IMG/VR virus record: IMGVR_UViG_3300027811_000086
Coordinates: 1-41,222 of that record
Strand: one strand, 5' to 3'
Length of the DNA stretch: 41,222 nucleotides
Origin: a virus
Taxonomy: Duplodnaviria; Caudoviricetes
Each line of letters begins with the position of its first letter. Positions within the stretch are counted from its first letter, which is position 1. Positions 36,013 to 41,222 of the stretch are shown piece after piece. Below the pieces are notes generated by a model, which worked only from the letters and a program-made list of their open reading frames with translations, was not told where the DNA came from and made no database searches. The position numbers were made by a program, and so were the translations under genes.

Positions 36013-37707
36013 TTAATCAACCACGGTGTCAACAAAGTTTAGTCTCTGCCGAGCACCGAAGGTTCCCTCAATATAGCGCGCATCGCGACGCGCAGTCTCA
36101 AAACAATTCCTGAGCTCGTCGAAATGTAAAAATACTTCGCAAGTAACTTCATCAGCCTGCTGGCCTTCGCGGTGCGTGCGCCCTAACAATTGTTCCCAGG
36201 CCTTCCCGGTCGTCATCGGCGACGTCACGAGATTTCGAGAAAAGCGCTGTAAATTTTTTCCTTCGCTGTGCGCCGCGATCGACGCGACGATACTCGTTTC
36301 TTTTGTATCAATAATTTCGTTTGCGCCCGCGCCGTAGTAGTGGCGCCCGCTATATTCAGCGAGGCGCTCCCCGAACGCAATATGCTCCACCCAACAAATA
36401 CCCGGTTCGTTCAGCCATTCCGCACACGCGGCCAAAGCAAAACCCGAAATCCACTCGGCAACCGAGTTTGGTTTGAAAATGTCTTTGATTGCTTGCCAGT
36501 CCGCCCACTCGCGATGCGGCGCCTTTGCCGATTCGTTCCAAACCTGCAGTTCTGTATCGAGTCCGCGGCGGTTGTGTTTGAGCACTTCGCGAACATATCG
36601 CTTCCACGCGGCACGCGCGGCCATCCAATCTTTCGGCGGCGCGGGATCCCAGCGATAATAAAATCCGAGTGCGAGTTCGCGCGCGTGGCGCCAGACATCA
36701 ACCGCGTTGATGAGCTCGTCTCCGTTTGGTGTCTGCCACGTGTTTCTTAATTTGTCGATCGCACGCCAGATCTCCCTCGGTACCGCGGGCTTGCTCGCGA
36801 AGATGCGTAGCGCCGTACCAAGTTTGTTTTCTTTAGTCGCGACTATGCCCGGTGTTTCAATCAAACGTCGGCGAAAGCCATCGCGCGGAGTCTCCCCGGG
36901 CAGGCAAAATTTCTTGAGTGCTCCGGGGAGAGGGCGTTGCTCGTCGGGCACGTCGGCGTCGAGAGCCATCGACCATTCGGTGAGCTCTTGCCATTTCGCA
37001 GGAAGCGGAGCAGCATCCCTAAGGCACCACTGAACAATATGTGACCACTCCTTTAAGCTCCGATTTGTTACCGTACCCGACAGAGCAACGCAATAGACAT
37101 CTGGGTGAGCCCGAAGATAGCGCACAACGCGGCGCGTGCGCCCTGCGCCATGCCGGCGCAGATAATGACACTCATCGAAGATGATGAGATCGGGGGCGAT
37201 TGCTTCAAGAAGATCAGCGTTTTTTTCAAGACTAATTTCCGAATATCCGACCACCGATAAAGTATTGGCCGGAATTTTCCAATGCTTTGAGTAAAAAGGT
37301 AAATCATAGCGTAGCGTCTTGTCACGAAGGGCCGCTGGCACGAGCAGGAGCGGACGCTGCGCGCCGACCATCACCGGAGCCAGAAGAGAGATGAGCGTCT
37401 TGCCGTCTCCGACGCCCACGGGGCAGAACGCGCCGTTGACTTCGGCGATCTCGGCGAGCGCCGCGGCCTGCACTCTCCAGAGCTTCATCGTGCCTGCGGG
37501 CGTCTTGAGTTCACCGGTCAGAAAATCGGCGAGCTGCGAGACCAGGGGCTCAACATCCCATTGCCGCCGAGAGAGTTGCTCAATGCGCCGAAATTCAGAC
37601 GTGTACGAGACCGCCCCAAGATAGTGGCGCTTGCCTTCCTCATCGACTTGGCGAGGCAAATACTTCATGCCCGTGCGTTCGATCAATGTGTGCAAGAGCG
37701 CCATCAA
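36013..37707 (-). CDS. Superfamily 2 (SNF2-like) DNA helicase
   Basis: VGDGKT (Walker A), FDECH (DExH), LSGT, EGKNLQ, QLLGRTHR.GQ. Confidence 0.9.
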   Translation of the reverse strand: MMALLHTLIERTGMKYLPRQVDEEGKRHYLGAVSYTSEFRRIEQLSRRQWDVEPLVSQLADFLTGELKTPAGTMKLWRVQAAALAEIAEVNGAFCPVGVGDGKTLISLLAPVMVGAQRPLLLVPAALRDKTLRYDLPFYSKHWKIPANTLSVVGYSEISLEKNADLLEAIAPDLIIFDECHYLRRHGAGRTRRVVRYLRAHPDVYCVALSGTVTNRSLKEWSHIVQWCLRDAAPLPAKWQELTEWSMALDADVPDEQRPLPGALKKFCLPGETPRDGFRRRLIETPGIVATKENKLGTALRIFASKPAVPREIWRAIDKLRNTWQTPNGDELINAVDVWRHARELALGFYYRWDPAPPKDWMAARAAWKRYVREVLKHNRRGLDTELQVWNESAKAPHREWADWQAIKDIFKPNSVAEWISGFALAACAEWLNEPGICWVEHIAFGERLAEYSGRHYYGAGANEIIDTKETSIVASIAAHSEGKNLQRFSRNLVTSPMTTGKAWEQLLGRTHREGQQADEVTCEVFLHFDELRNCFETARRDARYIEGTFGARQRLNFVDTVVD

Positions 37708-38027
37708 ATTTCCTTATCAACTACTTTTTTTATTTCTTTTTCCATATCCAAAAATATTTCTTTTACCTTTTTATCCGTATCCGAAAACACTTCTTTTATA
37801 TGTTTAAAAGCAGCGGCACGAATTTTAAAATGTGCAAAAATCATATTAACACCTGCCCCTGTAGCTCCATTACCACAAATTAAGCAACAGCCATCTTCAT
37901 CCACAGGGACATAAAACCCGCATTGTGGACATAATGTTTTTCTTAGCATCTCAACAATCTCGTCATCAGTAAATTCTTCTTTTGATTTTCTCTTTCTCAT
38001 TTTATTCCTCGCGTTCGTTAGCGCCAT
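37704..38027 (-). CDS. Hypothetical Zn-ribbon protein
   Basis: CPQCG...CLICG; translationally coupled overlaps. Confidence 0.55.
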   Translation of the reverse strand: MALTNARNKMRKRKSKEEFTDDEIVEMLRKTLCPQCGFYVPVDEDGCCLICGNGATGAGVNMIFAHFKIRAAAFKHIKEVFSDTDKKVKEIFLDMEKEIKKVVDKEI

Positions 38028-38281
38028 CAGTCCACCTTATATTTTGCGTCGTACCATGCTTTTTCGATATTGTGTTTTTTATGTTCACCATGATGCCCCG
38101 GAAATTCACAATCGCCTCCATTGGCACATAAACCCTGCCATAAATGCAAACAAACTGGGCACTCAAACCAACCAGCCGGAGAAGAAAACGGGCGCACTTG
38201 TTCTGGATCTGCCAATAGCCACCGATGGCAGTTTGGACATTTAACCCGGAACATATCCTTTTCTTGTATTGAGTCCATCAA
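38027..38281 (-). CDS. Hypothetical Zn-ribbon protein
   Basis: CPNC...CPVC plus a second C....C....HH..H cluster. Confidence 0.55.
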   Translation of the reverse strand: MMDSIQEKDMFRVKCPNCHRWLLADPEQVRPFSSPAGWFECPVCLHLWQGLCANGGDCEFPGHHGEHKKHNIEKAWYDAKYKVD

Positions 38282-39045
38282 AATACCCCCTGATACGCGA
38301 TGTCGGCAAATTCGATGAGCGTATCTCTGATTGACTCGTATTCAAGGCTTCGCGAGTTGAGCTCAATCAGCCCAGAAAATTTTTGTGTTTCCCAGTACCG
38401 TTTGAAGCGCGCCGCGAGCAGCGCCGCGCCGCCGCCGAATTCAACGAGCTTCCAATGCTCAACATTTCGCTCTTTGCAAATCGCATCGACGACTGGCTTG
38501 CAGAGATCAATCGCGCTGACGACGTCTTCGCGTGATTTTTTCGAAATTTCAACACAGTTGATGAGCAGCACGTAGCCAAAAAACCTCGGTTCGATACCCT
38601 CTACGGAATGTGCGGGAACTTCGGTTATTGGCGCATCTGCGGCAACGGGGTTCTCTTGCACATTCAGCGGCAGCGCGTCAACATCAACTTGCGGTTTCGG
38701 CTGGGCGGCCTTACAGCGATGCTTCGCGAGCACTTTAAAAATCTTGCCGCAAATTGGGCACGCATCACCTTCAGTGTCGAGTGCCTGGACCCCACCAGCC
38801 GCTACCATCTTGTCGCCATCCATCTCAACATGGTGCCAGGGTGTTTCTGGTGCGCCCGCACTCTGTGTAGTAGCGGGCGGATTGACAAGTTGTTGCTCGC
38901 CGAGTGCTTTTAGTTTCGCTCGCACGATGTCCCCGGGCTGCGCCGGCGGCGCATCGTAACAAGATCCTTGTGTAGCTGCATTCTCTTTGTGTTGAGACTT
39001 GATCGCCTGCAGCCGCTCTTTCAGTGTCATAGTTTTTTCGTTCAT
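38278..39045 (-). CDS. Hypothetical protein with central Zn finger
   Basis: CPICGKIFKVLAKHRC; low-complexity linkers; GGGAG SD. Confidence 0.55.
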   Translation of the reverse strand: MNEKTMTLKERLQAIKSQHKENAATQGSCYDAPPAQPGDIVRAKLKALGEQQLVNPPATTQSAGAPETPWHHVEMDGDKMVAAGGVQALDTEGDACPICGKIFKVLAKHRCKAAQPKPQVDVDALPLNVQENPVAADAPITEVPAHSVEGIEPRFFGYVLLINCVEISKKSREDVVSAIDLCKPVVDAICKERNVEHWKLVEFGGGAALLAARFKRYWETQKFSGLIELNSRSLEYESIRDTLIEFADIAYQGVF

Positions 39046-39812
39046 TTTTTTCTCCCTGTTTGATTGATGCAGGCCTCAAGACTATCTAGGCCTGATAGTT
39101 CACATTTGTCCCTAAAAAAACATCCGCCGAACGCGCCGCAATTTTCTGGTTTCGCCGCGAGCGTCGCGCCGCTTCTCTCTCTAGTTCTAATTTCGGCAAT
39201 GACTTCGGCGTCTGAAAAAAGCTCATCCCACAACCGCAAAAACTCTTCCGAGCCGACGTCAAAAAAAGTTTCAACCGGCTTCGCGCCCGCGGGCTTGCGC
39301 TCACCTGTTTTAGGATTCGAGGCCGCGTAATAAATCCAGCGCGCTCTCACTTTTTGCGCCGAGTATTTAAGTGCTGCGTAAACCGCGTAAATGATTGCCT
39401 GCGAATCGCTCTGTAATTCTGTCGGCGTTTTTGCCCAGCGCATAGCGCTTGTAGTTTTGTGATCAATCACGAGCGGCCACGGCAAATCCCGAGCCGGCGG
39501 TACGAGGCAATCAATGCGCCCGCGAAAAGTGATCTCGGACGAGGCCTGAAATTCCCATGAGTGTTCGACGAGCAGATCTTTTGATGGAGTCGGTAGCCAG
39601 TTTCCGCGGATTGCTTGCCGTGCCGCTAGGCCTGGCGGCGTTTCATCTGGCAATTTTCCCTCACGCAACCACTGCTCAATTTGCGCGTGTAGCGATGTGC
39701 CAAATTCTTGTTTAGGCGACGACGGCACTTTTATTCCTTCGACGTATTCATAGCCTATCAGCCGGTAACAGCGCCGTAATTTTTCAATCTGGTTTGGAGA
39801 AATATAAATCAT
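39042..39812 (-). CDS. PD-(D/E)XK exonuclease, Cas4/RecB-like
   Basis: SP.Q....C, GT.LH..IE, GRID, IDHKT, Q...YA, C-terminal C.....C.....C Fe-S-type cysteines. Confidence 0.85.
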   Translation of the reverse strand: MIYISPNQIEKLRRCYRLIGYEYVEGIKVPSSPKQEFGTSLHAQIEQWLREGKLPDETPPGLAARQAIRGNWLPTPSKDLLVEHSWEFQASSEITFRGRIDCLVPPARDLPWPLVIDHKTTSAMRWAKTPTELQSDSQAIIYAVYAALKYSAQKVRARWIYYAASNPKTGERKPAGAKPVETFFDVGSEEFLRLWDELFSDAEVIAEIRTRERSGATLAAKPENCGAFGGCFFRDKCELSGLDSLEACINQTGRKK

Positions 39813-40051
39813 TTTGTTTCTCGTTTTGTTTTCTTGAGCTCCTTGAGCTCATCCTTGATTCCGAGCGCTTCGACAATCCGGCTAAGGCGCACGCGATCAA
39901 TTCCCCAAGCCTCCGCTATCGCGAGAAACGTCGGGCGCGCGATACCGCGAGCAAACGTCAAAAGCAATTGCCGCGCGTAGAGTGTTAGATACCAGTCAAA
40001 AGTTTTTTGCGCGGCAGTCGGGAAAATCTGAAATGATTTATTTTTTTTCAT
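39809..40051 (-). CDS. Small basic protein, possible HTH DNA-binding
   Basis: TFLAIAEAWGIDRVRLSRIVEALG resembles an HTH. Confidence 0.45.
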   Translation of the reverse strand: MKKNKSFQIFPTAAQKTFDWYLTLYARQLLLTFARGIARPTFLAIAEAWGIDRVRLSRIVEALGIKDELKELKKTKRETK

Positions 40052-40287
40052 TCAGGTATCCTCAGCAAAATAGAAAATCGATCAAGCGAGAGGCGCCACT
40101 TGCGCCCGTTGTCGTCGCGATACCAAACTACAAAACTCCCATCACTATTTTTCTGTCCGGTCGCGCGCCCTTCAACCGTGCGGTCTACTCCTCCGAGCAG
40201 GAGAAAAACTTTTTGATTTGACTCCAGGCGCTCTCCGGCGAAGGCCGGTTCTGGTCGGCCGAGTCGCTGACAAATATCTTCAAACAT
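40048..40287 (-). CDS. Hypothetical protein
   Basis: AAAGGA SD; overlaps both neighbours; small beta-rich protein. Confidence 0.5.
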   Translation of the reverse strand: MFEDICQRLGRPEPAFAGERLESNQKVFLLLGGVDRTVEGRATGQKNSDGSFVVWYRDDNGRKWRLSLDRFSILLRIPE

Positions 40288-40984
40288 TTTTCAGTCCTTT
40301 CGCGATTGCGGCAATCGTCCGCGCTTTAATACCCCGCGTATATCTGCCGTGAGGGCGTGCCATGGTCACCAACATTCCGGCGACACAATCTCCTCTAAAA
40401 AGTGGTGAGCCGCTCCGTCCATAGGCGCCATTTACCGTCGATGTCCATCTAGTCACGGTTGTACCTATTATCGAGCCGGTATTAATGTACACGCGGTGAT
40501 TATAGTGGCCTGTCTTATCAATTATTCCTGAGGCGATGGTTACTTCATCAAATACAGATAAATCTTCATCGCATAAATTGTAGTGTGTTATTGGCGCGTC
40601 TTCGTCGATCAAAAATGCAATATCCCTTTCGTGATTTATGTAGAGCAGGCGGGCTCCATCCGTAAATGTCGCGTGCTCAACGCCGTCGTAATATAGGATT
40701 TGTGTTTTGGGGGGGTTAACCCCCTCTGCAAACAAGTGCGCCACCGTCACGAAGAGCCCGTCGTCCGAAATCAAAAAACCACTGGCGCGACGTACTTGCG
40801 ATTGATCTATCGCCGACAGATGTACGTGTATCGCGCCGAGCGCCGCTAGTGATCCGTCGTAGGCCTCGTACTCGCAGCCTAAACCACCTCCGCCAAGCAG
40901 CCATCCCGATAAACAAAGTCTTCCAAGCGCGGCGGCCACTCTTCGGCGATTAAACACTCTCGACATACTGGTTTTCGTTTGCAT
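40280..40984 (-). CDS. Trypsin-like serine protease, probable lipoprotein
   Basis: ASGFLI, VTVAH (His), DIAFL (Asp), GRSGSPLF (Ser); basic then hydrophobic N-terminus ending GLGC; start uncertain (40984 or nearby). Confidence 0.8.
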   Translation of the reverse strand: MQTKTSMSRVFNRRRVAAALGRLCLSGWLLGGGGLGCEYEAYDGSLAALGAIHVHLSAIDQSQVRRASGFLISDDGLFVTVAHLFAEGVNPPKTQILYYDGVEHATFTDGARLLYINHERDIAFLIDEDAPITHYNLCDEDLSVFDEVTIASGIIDKTGHYNHRVYINTGSIIGTTVTRWTSTVNGAYGRSGSPLFRGDCVAGMLVTMARPHGRYTRGIKARTIAAIAKGLKNV

Positions 40985-41046
40985 ATCTCTACCGCCTTTT
41001 TTCCACACGCACACTTTTCTCTTACTTTAAGTTTTCGTCGTTTCAT
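40879..41046 (-). CDS. Possible small Cys-rich Zn-finger protein
   Basis: CACG....C....CREC from ATG 41046, 5 nt after the array; overlaps the protease start by 106 nt, so it may be spurious. Confidence 0.4.
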   Translation of the reverse strand: MKRRKLKVREKCACGKKAVEICKRKPVCRECLIAEEWPPRLEDFVYRDGCLAEVV

Positions 41047-41051
41047 TTTAA

Positions 41052-41222
41052 GCCGCGTCTTGCCTGCCTCGCCGCGCCAGGCCAAGCCTTGCCTTGCCTT
41101 GCCCTGCCGCGCCTGCCTTGCCATGCCCTGCCTCGCCTAGCCCCGCCTTGCCCTGCCGCGCCTGCCTTGCCTCGCCTTGCCGCGCCTGCCTTGCCTTGCC
41201 CCGCCCAGCCTTGCCTTGCCCA
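41052..41222 (-). repeat. GGC-NN pentamer array (candidate guide/ncRNA array), truncated by the window end
   Basis: 34 GGC plus 1 GAC triplets separated by variable dinucleotides; single-A spacers at + coordinates 41065, 41114, 41163 and 41187. Confidence 0.9.

Noticed and set aside
41047-41124. ORF extension MARQARQGKARQGLAWRGEAG through the array
   Set aside because: It is the translation of the pentamer repeat; a 5-nt period with phase breaks does not fit codon-level selection
41052-41222. Array as a canonical CRISPR array or simple microsatellite
   Set aside because: There are no 23-47-nt repeats with unique spacers and no cas1/cas2; variation is confined to the NN positions, unlike slippage repeats. 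A structural role (two-tier G-quadruplex, origin) is not excluded

Overview
The window is a large part of a tailed dsDNA phage genome (myovirus morphology inferred from the sheath and baseplate genes), arranged as two convergent arms. The + arm (103-27941) carries packaging and morphogenesis genes. It has two small-terminase-like paralogues flanking a ParB-domain plus radical-SAM cassette, then a lambda-type head module (GpA terminase, gpW-like, portal, S49 protease with nested scaffold, enlarged decoration protein, major capsid E). A Mu-like contractile tail and baseplate follow, with a -1 frameshift tail chaperone, a TP901-type tape measure and a mosaic fibre region. The - arm (about 41050 down to 27928) carries a trypsin-like lipoprotein protease, a Cas4-like PD-(D/E)XK nuclease, Zn-finger ORFs, an SF2 helicase, an SSB-like protein, a divergent family A DNA polymerase, a RuvC-like resolvase, a stand-alone NrdJ TSCPD domain, a secreted SLT and a holin/spanin/amidase lysis cassette. 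The most striking non-coding signal is at the right edge (41052-41222, truncated). It is an array of near-invariant GGC triplets separated by variable dinucleotides, divided by regular phase breaks into 49/49/24-nt units, and it looks more like a programmable guide-RNA array than a microsatellite. I saw no tRNA, rRNA, CRISPR array, integrase or primase. All calls come from reading motifs and synteny by eye; no searches were run.
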